In this document: piece by piece, positions 38,904-50,154 of the stretch
Position numbering within the stretch: position 1 is the stretch's first letter
Layout: every line of letters begins with the position of its first letter
From: the human T2T-CHM13v2.0 reference genome, Homo sapiens
Strand: one strand, 5' to 3'
Assembly (NCBI RefSeq): GCF_009914755.1
Contig: NC_060931.1
DNA: 64,000 bases
Made by a program: the position numbers and the translations under genes
The notes under the pieces: model-generated
Databases searched by the model: none
What the model was told of the DNA's origin: nothing
The model's input: only the letters and a program-made list of their open reading frames with translations

Positions 38904-39337
38904 TATTATGGTCTGAATGTGTGCCCCAGAATTCATATGTTGAAACTTAATTGCCAATGGGCATAGTATAAGGAGGTGGGGCTCTGGGAGGTGATTAAGT
39001 CATAAGACAACACCCTCATGGATGGAATTAATGTCTTATAAAAGGGTTTGATTACCATGGCACATGTATACCTCTGTAACAAACCTGCACATTCTGCACA
39101 GGTATCCCAGAACTTAAAGTACAATTAAAAAAAAAAGGGGGGTTTGAAAGGGCCAGTTCATTCCTTCCATCTCTTTTGTCATGTAGGGATGCACCAAGAA
39201 GGCCCTCGCCAGACACCCAATGCCTGCACCTTGATCTTAGACTTCTCAGCCTCCATAATTGTAAGAAATAAACCTCTGTTGTCTGTAAATTATTCAGTCT
39301 CAGGTATTTTGTTATTGTAGCACAACTGGACAAGATG
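38904..39337 (+). mobile_element. MST (MSTC/D-like) MaLR solo LTR
   Basis: TATTATGGTCTGAATGTGTG..AATTCATATGTTGAAACTTAA..CACCTTGATCTTAGACTTC..CAGTCTCAGGTATTTTGTTAT; perfect TSD AATCC (38899-38903, 39338-39342). Confidence 0.9.
39052..39136 (+). mobile_element. Ultra-short L1PA 3' end (~85 bp) inside the MST LTR
   Basis: ACCATGGCACATGTATACCT..GTAACAAACCTGCACATTCTGCAC..CCCAGAACTTAAAGTA plus poly-A; TSD AAAAGGGTTTGA / AAAAGGGGGGTTTGA. Confidence 0.9.
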
Positions 39338-40639
39338 AATCCTCAACCACTAGATGAGTCAGATATTGTTAAAATTAGCCAGAGGTGCAGCAAGGTTAAG
39401 TGACAACAAGCTTGAGGTCATAGAGCTAGTAAGAGCAGAGCTGAGATGTGAGCATATGCAGTCTGATTCTAATCTGAACTCTAAGCTCCACTCTAATTGC
39501 TTCCAGTGTTCCCATTTGAGAAGCAAGAACTGAGCCTTTGAGAGGTTATACATTATGAGAGGGACCTAGTTAGGACTTAAATACTGTACGAGTATTCAGA
39601 CCCCAAGCCCAATGCCTCCATCAATGACTTACCTCAGTATCTTGCCAGATATAAAGCATTGAGTTTTTCCTCTAAGTCAAAAGAAAAAGGAATACAAAAT
39701 ATTCCCTACTGAAGCTTTATGTCATGAACTATATTGTTATGATGACATTAGCAACATGCAGAAAAGCTACCAAAATATTATAAAGTTGGCTATACTTTTG
39801 GTGGGCCATAAGTACTTTTCAAACAAATCTCCAAGGTCAATTTTCCCTTCTTTGCTTTTGCCTCTGCCTTTGTAACCTCTCTTGATTTCTCTTTCTTAAT
39901 GTCTCCTATTCACAAATAAGGAATGAAGCACATGGATTTAATAACCAAGTCAGTGATTCATGTGTACTTTGATCTAATCAGAAAGCGTAGTGGCAGGCCC
40001 AAGAACTCATTTTGGTTGTATATCATTTTAACAGAGTTGACACACATGTCCTTTAGAGGGAAAATAATAAAAATTTAAAAAGCAAAAGCCAGCACAGACC
40101 TGCCAGCTGCAATGATTGGTTACACAGAAGAGATCCATGGAATTCTGAAGCCATTTGGGTTTTGTTAAGTTTGCTGAAATAGCACCAACTATGATCTCTA
40201 CCACTTTAAATGGTTTAATGACTTTTGGATAAGTCTTCAGAATTAAATGGTTAAATCACCAAATGCTTCATAAAATCATTATGCAAACAATTTTCTGGCT
40301 AATTAACATGAACAGAAGCACACAGCTGCTAAGATATATAATTGCTGTTTCATCAGTGCTGCCTATTGTATTTACATAATTCCTTTACTGATCTTGGCGT
40401 GGTTTGGTGGGAGGGCACTAACATAACATCTCATGACATGAACAAGTTAAAGGCATAGCTCCTGACCCAGCTGGTAGATAACAATAGCGACTTTGATTTT
40501 TTTGAGGGAATGAATAAGGGCCTTCAAATCAACGTACACTTGTGTGGTATATATAAGACTTAAACAGGTATATTTAAATTAAGTTTGGGCAGAGATAAAT
40601 ATTTTCCCTATTAGGTACATAATACGCATATAAAGAAGT

Positions 40640-41200
40640 AAATATATCATCATTGCACAGTCCGCAGACTGAGCACCCTCATGTAAGCAGCACCCACAGC
40701 AAGGAACAGAATATTACCAGGACCCCAAAAGCCTCCCTTATCCCTTCTTTTTGTTTCTGTTCCCTCCAAGGGTAGTTACTGTCCTAACCTCTATCAGCAG
40801 AGACTAATTTTATCAGTTTTGTGCTAAATTTTAATGAAATCATACAGTGTGTGCTCTTTTGTGTAGCCGATTTTGTTCACCATGTTTGTAAGATTCATCT
40901 ATACTGTAATTTGCTTATTCTTATTGTTGTATAGCATCCCATTGAGTAAATATGCTACCCCAATTTATCTATCATTTTACTATTGATGGTGTTTGGATAG
41001 TTTCCAGTTTGGTGATATTATGAATAAAGCTGCTGTGAATGGTGTTGTCCATATCTGTTGGTGAACATATGAGCACATTTCACTCAGATCTCTAGGAAGG
41101 GGATTGCTGTGTTGTGGGGTGTGCATATCTTCAGCTGTATTAGATACTACCAAACACTTTTCCTGAAAGGTTGTACCAACTTGCACCCTATCAGCACTAG
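40640..41200 (-). mobile_element. L1ME-type 3' fragment
   Basis: AATGAAATCATACAGTGTGTGCTCTTTTG..TTTGGATAGTTTCCAGTTTGG..GGTTGTACCAACTTGCAC. Confidence 0.85.
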
Positions 41201-41667
41201 AGGAAAGCTGGGATAAATGTTTTGAAGAGTTCTAACTGATGCAGGCTAAATTTTAAAGGGCAGTGTAGAGTAAGGAGAAGAGTGGACAGTAGGTCTAATG
41301 GAAAGGACCCCAACAATATGACTTAGTGAATAAAGGATAGGGTCAGAGATAGCAGCATAATGGAGGGAGCCGTCATAATTCGAGATCATTTAGTGGGTAG
41401 GAGAAGCCTCCTTGGATGTTTATCGCCCACTCTGTGTTCCTCTCCAGCTCTGATGCATGCACCCACAGCATGCATCCCAGAGAATCACCCCAGGTGGATT
41501 CTTTCTTTTTTCTTTAGTCCAAGTGGAGCATGCTCAAGCGCTGCCCAGGTCTGAGGTAGCACTTTGGAGCCCTGGTGATGCCCTGCTTCTTAATATATGG
41601 CTGCCCTTGCTGGGGCATACAAATTCTTATAGCCTCTTACTGGTGTCTAGCAGCTCTGAGGCAAGGG

Positions 41668-42018
41668 TACTGTAGACTAAATGTTTGTGTCCCCCAAAAT
41701 TCATACATTGAAATCCTAAGCCTACCATGTGACGGCATAAGGAGGTAAGGCCTTTGGTAGATAATTGGTGGAGTCCTCATGAATGGGATTAGTGCCCTTA
41801 TACAAGAGACCCCAGAGAGCTCTCTGTCTCCTCTACTGCATGAGGACACAGTAAGGAGACGGCCATCTACAGATCAGGAAATAGGCCCTCACCGGAACTC
41901 GACTGCACTAGAATCTGACTTAGAATTCCAGCCTCCAGACTGTGAGAAATAAATTTCTGTTGCTTAAAAGCCACCCAGCATATGGTACTTTGTTATAGGA
42001 GCCCAAAATGACTAAGTT
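41668..42018 (+). mobile_element. MLT1A0-like MaLR solo LTR
   Basis: AATGTTTGTGTCCCCCAAAATTCATAC..ATGAATGGGATTAGTGCCCTTATA..GTGAGAAATAAATTTCTGTTG..GACTAAG. Confidence 0.92.
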
Positions 42019-42074
42019 GCAGAGGAATGGAGAATGTAAGAGCAGGCAAAGAGAAAGAGAGAATAAAATGAAAA

Positions 42075-42250
42075 CCTGCATTGAATCCAGCTAGCTGGTT
42101 ATAAAATTTTAAGCAAATCACTAAAATTTTCTCCATGGTTTTGGCTTCCTCAGTTGCAAAAAATGAAGGCAAAAATACTTAACTCACTAGGTTTACTTGA
42201 TAATTAAATGAATTAAAAGAATGTATATGGAAATGCTCTGCAAACTTTAA
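42075..42250 (+). mobile_element. MIR SINE fragment
   Basis: AAGCAAATCACTAA..CTTCCTCAGTTGCAAAA..ATTAAATGA..GTATATGGAAATGCTCTG. Confidence 0.55.
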
Positions 42251-42579
42251 AAAGCAAACACTGTTTATCTTTTCAGCAGGGTATTTTTATTAATAGTCAA
42301 ATTGTCACCTTGAAGTACAAATGTATCTCTAAGAAGTGATATTCATTTCATTTTTGTATTCAAATTATAGCATCTGCATTAATAGACTAAGAAATAGCCG
42401 TCAGTAATGTTAACAGGAGTAACAGGTAGGATGTCTGAAATCATGACTTTTCCCTAGGATTACCCAGGATTCATTTATTCACCCATCCAGATGTCCATCC
42501 ATACCCTATGTCCATTAATTAATTAACTTAGCAAATATATTTTTTGAATACTTTTTGTTGGTTTTAGAGCAATTCTCGG

Positions 42580-42731
42580 CAGAAGTTCTTAAGAGGATTC
42601 AAAGATAGACTTCAAGTGATCTCTGAACCTCCTGATCTTGTATGGAGGGGAATGTATGGGTGACTTCAGCTATCAGATTCTCACAGGACTCTGCAAAACC
42701 CCTTCTTTAAAAAAAAGGTTAAGAGGCACTG
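42580..42731 (-). mobile_element. hAT-Charlie MITE (MER117-like)
   Basis: CAGAAGTTCTTAA..TCAGATTCTCACAGG..AAAAAAGGTTAAGAGGCACTG. Confidence 0.6.
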
Positions 42732-42794
42732 CTTAGGAATGTGTGGAATAAAAGAATATAAAAAGTTTATAAGATAATTTGGGATTGTCCATGT

Positions 42795-45125
42795 AGAAAA
42801 CTGCAAATTAAACTGACAGCAGACTCCATATTAGCAACGACAGATGCCACGAGATGACAAAATATTATCTTCAAAATGCTTAGGGAAAATGGGTATTAGC
42901 TAAGAATAATATACCACACTAGATTACTCTTCAAAGGTGGGGTGAAATAAAGAGGCATTTTTAGAGAAACAAAGGTTGAGAGAATTTATCAACTTGAGGA
43001 CTTCACCAAAGAACTCATAATATATATACTTCTGGAAAAAGGAAGTTTAATCCCAAAATACAAAGTGGGGTGCAAGAAGGAATAATGATGAACAAAGAAA
43101 TTTGTAAACATGTTTGTAACTCTAAGAAGCACTGTTTGTTTTAAAGAGGATCAGTTAAGGGGTTATGTAAATAGCAAGTAACTAAAATGCTAGATGACAA
43201 CAGCAGGAACAAAGGGATTAAGAGAGACTAAAATTACAAAGTCCAAATTCATTTAATTATTTGGGAGGAAGATAGACTTAGGTTTACTTTAGACTTTAAG
43301 CAAGTGTGCTTTCCAAAATTTAAGAGTAACCCTCAAAGAATAGGGGGAAATGTAGGACTTCTTTTACGTGAGAAAAAAAGATTAAAGAACACTTGATTGT
43401 TCTACTTCTTCACAGCAAAAGAAAATATCAACAGAGTAAACAGACAACCTACAGAATGGGAGAAAATATTTGCTAACTATGCATCTGATGTAGGTCTAAT
43501 ATCCAGCATCTATAAGGAACTTAAACAAATTTACAAGAAAAAAAATACACAACCCCATTAAAAAGTGGGCAAAGGACGTGAACAGACACTTTTCAAAAGA
43601 AGACATACATGTGGCCAACCAGAAGAAATGAAATGAAATATGAAGAAAAAAGCTTAATATCACTGATCATTAGAGAAATGCAAATCAAAACCGTAATGAG
43701 ATACCGTCTCACACCAGTCAGAATGGCTATTACTAAAAGTCAAAAAATAACAGATGCTGTCAAGGTTGTGGAGAAAAAAGAACACTTATATGCTATTGTT
43801 GGGAGTGTAAATTAGTTCAATCATTGCGGAAAGCAGTATGGTGAGTCCTAAAAGAGCTAAACACAGAACTACCATTTGACCCAGCAATCCCATTACTGAG
43901 TAAAATCCCAAAGGAATATGATTGTTCTATCATAAAGACACATGCATGCAAATGTTCACTGCAGCACTATTCACAATAGCAAAGACATGGAATCAACATA
44001 AGTGTCCATTAGTGGCAGATTGGATAAAGAAAATGTGGCACATATATACTATGGAATATTGTGCAGTCATAAAAGAGAACAAGATCATGTCCTTTGCAGG
44101 AACATGGATGGAACTGAGGTCATTATCCATAGCAAACTAACACAGAAACAGAAAACCAAACACTGCATGTTCTCACTTATAAGTGGAGCTGAATGATGAG
44201 AACACATGGACACATTAGCAGGAGCAACACACTGAGGCCTGTCGAGGGCAGGGAGTGGGGAGGGAGAGGACCAGAAAAAATAACTGTTGGGTACTAGGCT
44301 TAGTACCAGGATGATGAAATAATCTGTACAACAAACCCTGGTGACAGGAGTGGGCCTATATAACAAACCTGCACATGTGCCCCTGAACCTAAAATAAAAG
44401 TTTTTAAAAAAGGAAGAACACTAGATTGCTCTAATAAGGAGCAGGAAAAAGAAAAATAAGCTAAGAAAAGGCATAATAAACACAAAAAACATATAGTAGA
44501 AAAAGTGTAGATATATCAGTAATCTCAGTAAATGTGAACAGATTAAACTAGTGTGTTCAAAAATGGGGACCCTCAGATTATTTTTAGAAAATAAAATTCA
44601 TCTATGTGTAGTTTTTAAGAGGGATACCTAAAACATGATAATGCTTAATGGTTGAAAGGTATGGAAAAAGACAAAACAGATAAAGACTAACATTGCAAGG
44701 AAAGCAATATTAAGGCATAAAAGTTTTATTTGGAATAAAGAAGGTCATGATTCAACGACTAAAGATTAATTCACAGGGTATCAATAGCAGTGCTGAGTCT
44801 GTATGTTCCTAACAAAATAGACTCCTAGCTTATCAAATAAATTGGACAAATCTACCTTAATAGAAGATATTTTTGCATGCCTCTTTCAGAACCTGATCAA
44901 ATATTGATAAGGATATAGACATTTTAAACACCATAATTAACAAGCCAGATTAAAGAGACCTATATGGGAATATGTATTCCTGAAATAGAGAATTTACATT
45001 ACTTTCAAGCACACATAGAAAACAATGACCACATATCAGACCACAAAAGAAGTCCCAAGAAATTCTAAAGAATCAATAACACAACCACATTTTCTTTCTA
45101 CAATGCAATAATATTAGACATCACA
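42795..45125 (+). mobile_element. Old L1M fragment 1: ORF1 end, inter-ORF and ORF2 endonuclease start, split by a younger L1PA
   Basis: ORF1-like ACTGACAGCAGACT..ATCTTCAAAATGCT..GGTGAAATAAAGA; ORF2-like ATATCAGTAATCTCAGTAAATGTGAA..CAAGCACACATAGAA..ACAATGCAATAA. Confidence 0.75.
43405..44413 (+). mobile_element. 5'-truncated L1PA13-16-like element (~1 kb)
   Basis: ORF2 C-terminal remnants (REMQIKTVMRYRLTPVRMA; [14 protein letters not shown]) and 3'UTR GGGTACTAGGCTTAGTACC..CCCTGAACCTAAAATAAAAG; 20-bp TSD AAGAACACT(T/A)GATTG(T/C)TCTA. Confidence 0.95.
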
Positions 45126-45277
45126 GACAAACTACTGAAAGCCAATGACAAAAAAGAATCAACACAGCCAGAGAAAAAAGACACATTAAATACAGGGACA
45201 ATAATTAGAATAACTGTTGACGTCAAATGCAATGAAAGCCAGGAGACAATGGAATGACAGCTTTTAAAAGCTCATCA

Positions 45278-45598
<321 letters not shown>

Positions 45599-46134
45599 TT
45601 AGAATGTTATATCCAGTGAAATATTTGTAAATATTAAAGCAAAATAAAGACATTCTCAAGCAGACAAAATCTGAGAATATTTGCACCAGGAGAATTGACT
45701 ACAAAAAAATGCTAAAGATTTTACATTTTAAAAAAGTTTAAATCTAAAAATGCTAAAAGTTCTTCAAAGGGGAAATGATATCAGTTGGAAATTCAGATCT
45801 ATGGGAAAGAAGGAGGAGCACTGGAAATGGTAAATATGTGGGTAATTATAAAATACTATTTTTTCTAAGTTTGTTAGTTAAAACAAACGATATATTATGG
45901 AGGGTTATAACATAAGTAGTAGTAAAATATGTGTGACAACAATAGCACAAAAAAAGGGCCAAGGTATAAATAGAATTGTACTGTGTTGCAAGGTACTTAC
46001 ATTATCCATGAAGTAGTGCAATATTAATTCAATATAGACTGTGATAGGCTAATATTAATTCCTAGGAAAAGATACAAATAGGTATAGATAAGAAGCCAAC
46101 AAAGAAAAGAGAATGAAATGCTAAAAATTATTTG

Positions 46135-46137
<3 letters not shown>

Positions 46138-46174
<37 letters not shown>
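46138..46174. repeat. (CA)n microsatellite
   Basis: Direct reading. Confidence 0.97.
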
Positions 46175-46176
<2 letters not shown>

Positions 46177-46908
46177 GACGAACAAAGAGGACCAATAAAA
46201 AACAGATAGAAAGATGATAGACTTAAACCCAGTCATATTGATAATTAGATGAAATGTGAATGAATTAACTATTTCAATTAATAGGCAGAGATTGTCAGAC
46301 TGGAAAAAAAAGCAATAACAACAACTAAAACCCAACTATATGCTATTTACAGGAGAGATACTTTAAGTATAAAGACAGAAGTTGAAACTTAAAGGCTTGA
46401 AAAATACGTACCATGCATGCACTAAATGTAAGAAAGCCAGTAAAACCAAATTAATATCAGACAAAATTGACTTCAGGACAAAGAGTATTACGAGAGATAA
46501 GGAAGTCCAATTCATAATGATAGAACCAATTCATCCAGAGACCTAACAATCTTAGATATGCATGCATTTGCTATTTAAAGTGTATATAATATTGAGTTAA
46601 TTGGCAAAGTTGTTCCCTGCTTTTTTTTGTGGAAGAGCTCCTATCCTTCCTGCTGCTGTTATATACTCAGGAATGCTGTGATGATGGAGATGGTTTAAAT
46701 GATGTTTATAAGGTATTTAATTGTATATGCAATGTAGCTAAATGGTATGTTTCTTCCTGCCATGAGTCTATATTTGGATTTCAGGTGATAATTGTTTGTT
46801 TCTTTTTAAATTTGAAAATTAAAATGTTACTGTTTTTATGACTGTGATCCCTAGTTCATGGACCGTATTTAGAGATCTCCTTTGCAGGTTTCTCTAGTCA
46901 AGAGTTGT

Positions 46909-47433
46909 TGTCAGTGGCGTGTGAACCAGAGCAACTTTATCTTAAATAGGAGCTGGGTAAAATGAGGCTGAAACCTACTGGGCTGCATTCCCAGACAGTG
47001 AAGGCATTCTAAGTCACAGGATGAGATAGGAGGTCAGCAAAAAATGCAGGTCATAAAGACCTTGCCAATAAAACAGGTTGCAGTAAAGGCGCCGGCCAAA
47101 ACCCACCAAAACCAAAATGGTGACGAGAGTGACCTCTGGTTGTCCTCACTGCTACACTCCCACCAACGCCATGACAGTTTACAAATGCCATGGCAACGTC
47201 AGGAAGTTACCCTATATGGTCTGAGGAGGGGAGGCATGAATAATCCACTCCTTGTTTAGCATATCATCAAGAAGTAACCATAAAAATGGGCAACCAGCAG
47301 CCCTCAGGACTGCTCTATGGAGTAGCCATTCTTTTATTTGTTTACTGTCTTAATAAATTTGCCCTGAATTCTTTCTTACGCGAGATCCAAGAACCCTCTC
47401 TTGGGTCTGGATCAGGACCCCTTTCCTGTAACA
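46909..47433 (+). mobile_element. MER41A ERV1 solo LTR
   Basis: TGTCAGTGGCGTGTGAACCAGAGCAACT..GCCATGGCAACGTCAGGAAGTTACCCTATATGG..GAGATCCAAGAACCCTCTC..TTTCCTGTAACA; 4-bp TSD TTGT/TCGT. Confidence 0.95.
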
Positions 47434-47454
47434 TCGTGACATTAGAAAAAGGCT

Positions 47455-47520
47455 GGGTCAACAACCCAGTACAGTCTATGTCGTGGGGTCAACAACACAG
47501 TACATAGAGTCTATGTCGTG
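47455..47520. repeat. Tandem duplication, 31/35-bp units
   Basis: GGGTCAACAACCCAGTACAGTCTATGTCGTG / GGGTCAACAACACAGTACATAGAGTCTATGTCGTG. Confidence 0.9.
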
Positions 47521-47888
47521 GCCATAATGTACCCTGTGGTGGGGCTATCACTTTGATATTTCTTTCTACACATTATACTACAGTTGGTCCATGCGTTGCT
47601 AAAATCCTGACATTAAAGCAAAGAGAGCAATCGGTAAGCAATTTTGATGCTCTACCATGATAACAATCACACCTGAAAACACATTGAGTCATCCGTTATT
47701 AAACATTTCCCGAAGTGTATGCTATGAAGTTTAATTTGCCATGGAGTTGTTTGGAAAAAAGAATTAAATGCAAACTATAGAAAGACTGTCATATTTACCC
47801 AACAAAATGAAAAAGGAGACCTTTAGGAAAGGAAAAGGAGAATTAGAGATTCTTTGAATTCAAAAGAATCCCTGTCAGTCATCTCAAC

Positions 47889-48074
47889 CAGCAATTTCCA
47901 AATTTAATGAATACACAACTCGTCTGCAAAGGTTTTTAAAGTGCAGATACCTGGGTCACATTCCCAGAGATTAAAATTAATGGTTCATATTATGACCCAG
48001 GAATCTAAATTTTTAAACAACCTCTCTAAGATTATGATGCAAATAGACCTCAGACTACACTTTTAGAAACAGTA
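47889..48074. mobile_element. MER5-like hAT-Charlie MITE
   Basis: TTTTTAAAGTGCAGATACCTGGGTC..CCAGAGATT..CCCAGGAATCT..TTTTAAACAA..CACTTTTAGAAAC. Confidence 0.7.
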
Positions 48075-48420
48075 ATCTAGTTTCAACATATCATACATGA
48101 CAGGTGGCTTCCAGAAAGTTTATCCTTATTCTGAGCCAAGTCTGCCTTTGCCTTCTGTATGTTCAGGCTCTTCCTTCAGAAGCTACACAGAATAGCTCAA
48201 ATATCTCTCCTATTATAACAGCCCTTCATATTATTTGACATGGTAATCTGGCCTCCTTAACAAACCCCTCTTTTTCTCTCCAGGCTAAATACTCCCAGTT
48301 ACTTTGACATTTTCTCAAATAGTATGATATTTATAAACATCACCCACCATTTGCTGTGTGTGTCTAAAAATGCAATATGAGAGCTGAAAAACATATTTCA
48401 ATTTATCTTCACCATCAAAA
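48075..48420 (-). mobile_element. L3/CR1 LINE fragment
   Basis: ACAGCCCTTCATATTATTTGA..CTCTTTTTCTCTCCAGGCTAAATACTCCCAGTT, antisense CR1 motif. Confidence 0.7.
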
Positions 48421-48489
48421 AATACAATGAGGGCCATTACCTCTCCTTGTTTGCCTTTATGCTTTTAAACAGGTAGTGTACGTCCTCTA

Positions 48490-49190
48490 ACTTTGTCTTT
48501 TCTTTAAAGATGTTTTGGTTATCGTAGGCCCTTCACATTTCTATAAAAATGTATGAGCAATTTCAAGTTGTCCAAAAGAGTCTGCTCGGATTTCGGTTGT
48601 ATTGCCTTGAATCTGTACATCAATTTAGGTAAAATTAGTATTTCAATAATATTTATTCCTATAGTTCATGAAAAGGGTATATCTCTCAATTTATTTGGAT
48701 CTTCCTGAATTTTTTTCTGCCATGTTTCATGGGGTTTATCCCCCAGTGGTTCATGTCTTGATGTTGTTGAAAATTTTAAAAGGAAAATTTAATTGTTCAT
48801 TGCTAGTATTTTGAAATATAATTAATTTTTATATGTTGTGTCTTGTAACTATGCTAAACTCGCTTATTGGTTCTATTAGCTTTTTAGCAGATTCCATAAG
48901 ATTTTCTATTTAGATTATAATGTCATCTGCAAATAAAGACAGTGTTACTTCTTTTCCAATATGGATGCCATTTATTGTTTTCTTGTCTTATTTCACTGAT
49001 AAGAACTTTTGATACAATGCTGAATAGAGTAGGGAGAGTGGACATCCATGCCACCTTTTCCTAGTCTTAGAGGGAAAACATTCAGACTTTCACCATTAGG
49101 TGTGACGTTAGTGTTAGTTGTAGTTTTTTGTAGATCCACTTTATAAAGTTGAAAAAGTTCCCATCGATTCTTTCTTGGCTGAGAGACTTG
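48490..49190 (-). mobile_element. Old L1M ORF2 fragment
   Basis: ATGTCATCTGCAAATAAAGACAGTGTTACTTC..TGAATAGAGTAGGGAGAGTGGACATCC..CTTTCACCATTAGGTGTGACGTTAG. Confidence 0.85.
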
Positions 49191-49235
49191 CTTGTTTTTC
49201 TTTTTATTTATTTGTTTTTAAAATTGGGAACAGAG

Positions 49236-49498
49236 TAGGGACTGGCACACTTTTTCTATAAACGGACAAACAGTACACATTTTAGGCTTTCTGGGACATA
49301 CATTGTCTCTGCCATTTCCTCCTCCTCCTCCTCCTCTTCTTCTCCTCCTCCTCCTTCTTCTTCTTCCTCTCCTTTTTCTTCTTTCTTCTTCTTCTTCCTC
49401 CTCCTTCTTTTTCTTTTTTCTTTTTCATACAACTGTTTAAAAATATAGAAAGACATTCTTAGCTTGTGGGCCACAGAACTGTAGTTTGCTAACTCCTG
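49236..49498 (+). mobile_element. MER58C-like hAT MITE with an internal triplet-repeat expansion
   Basis: CTTTTTCTATAAACGGACAAACAGTACACATTTTAGGCTTT..TTTAAAAATATAGAAAGACATTCTTAGCTTGTGGGCC..GTAGTTTGCTAACTCCTG. Confidence 0.8.
49315..49426. repeat. (CCT)n/(CTT)n pure polypyrimidine tract, 112 bp
   Basis: No purine on the + strand across the interval. Confidence 0.95.
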
Positions 49499-50154
49499 AC
49501 CTAGACGTTTGTTATACCTACAATTTCACAGTTAACACTAAGGACAGTAGTATCAAATTGCTAAGCCTCCACCTCCTCAGTTTTGGGATACCAGAGGAAT
49601 AGAATGAACTGACAACCTAATTTTAGTCCTTAAATATATTACTTTTTGTTAAAGTATTCACATGAAATGATCATAATCTTATCTATATTGACTCATTAAC
49701 ATTGACAGATAAGACTAATGGAAGAGGATATAGGTATTATAAACATAATTGATAATTAGAATGCCTTTTGCTCGTCTACAAAATTTCTAGTCATTAGAGT
49801 AACACATTCTGTCCCCTGTTGGTCTGGATGGACCAGCCACGAACACTCTCAGTTCTTTCAGTTCCTCTACCCCCTGCAAATCTGGATGTTAAAACACTCA
49901 TCTGTACTCACAAACCAACTAAAGGAGACTTGCTTTTCTACATCAATTTACTTGCGTAGTTAGAATAGAAAAATCCAAAAGAACAAAATACTTACATTTT
50001 CCGCTATGCTTTCATATTTTAAAAAATATTTTCAGCAGGACTAGTTTGAGCTCTGAAAACGTCTTTACCAGAACAGGGAAGTTTTGAAAATAGTTTCCAC
50101 CATCATTTGCTTGTTTGTTTGTTTGTTTGTTTGTTTTGTGCTTTTGTTCCTTTT

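Larger units (their letters stand above)
38815..39480 (-). mobile_element. MIR SINE split by an MST LTR
   Basis: Halves rejoin as TCATCTAATCCTCAACCAC; GTGCTTATTCTGTGCCAGGCA and GGTTAAGTGAC..AGGTCATAGAGCTAGTAAG. Confidence 0.75.

Noticed and set aside
46670-46800. TGTGATGAT as a C/D snoRNA C box
   Set aside because: No suitably placed CTGA D box or terminal stem
49256-49474. Lys/Glu/Arg-rich 72-aa ORF
   Set aside because: Translation of the (AGG/AAG)n microsatellite inside a MITE
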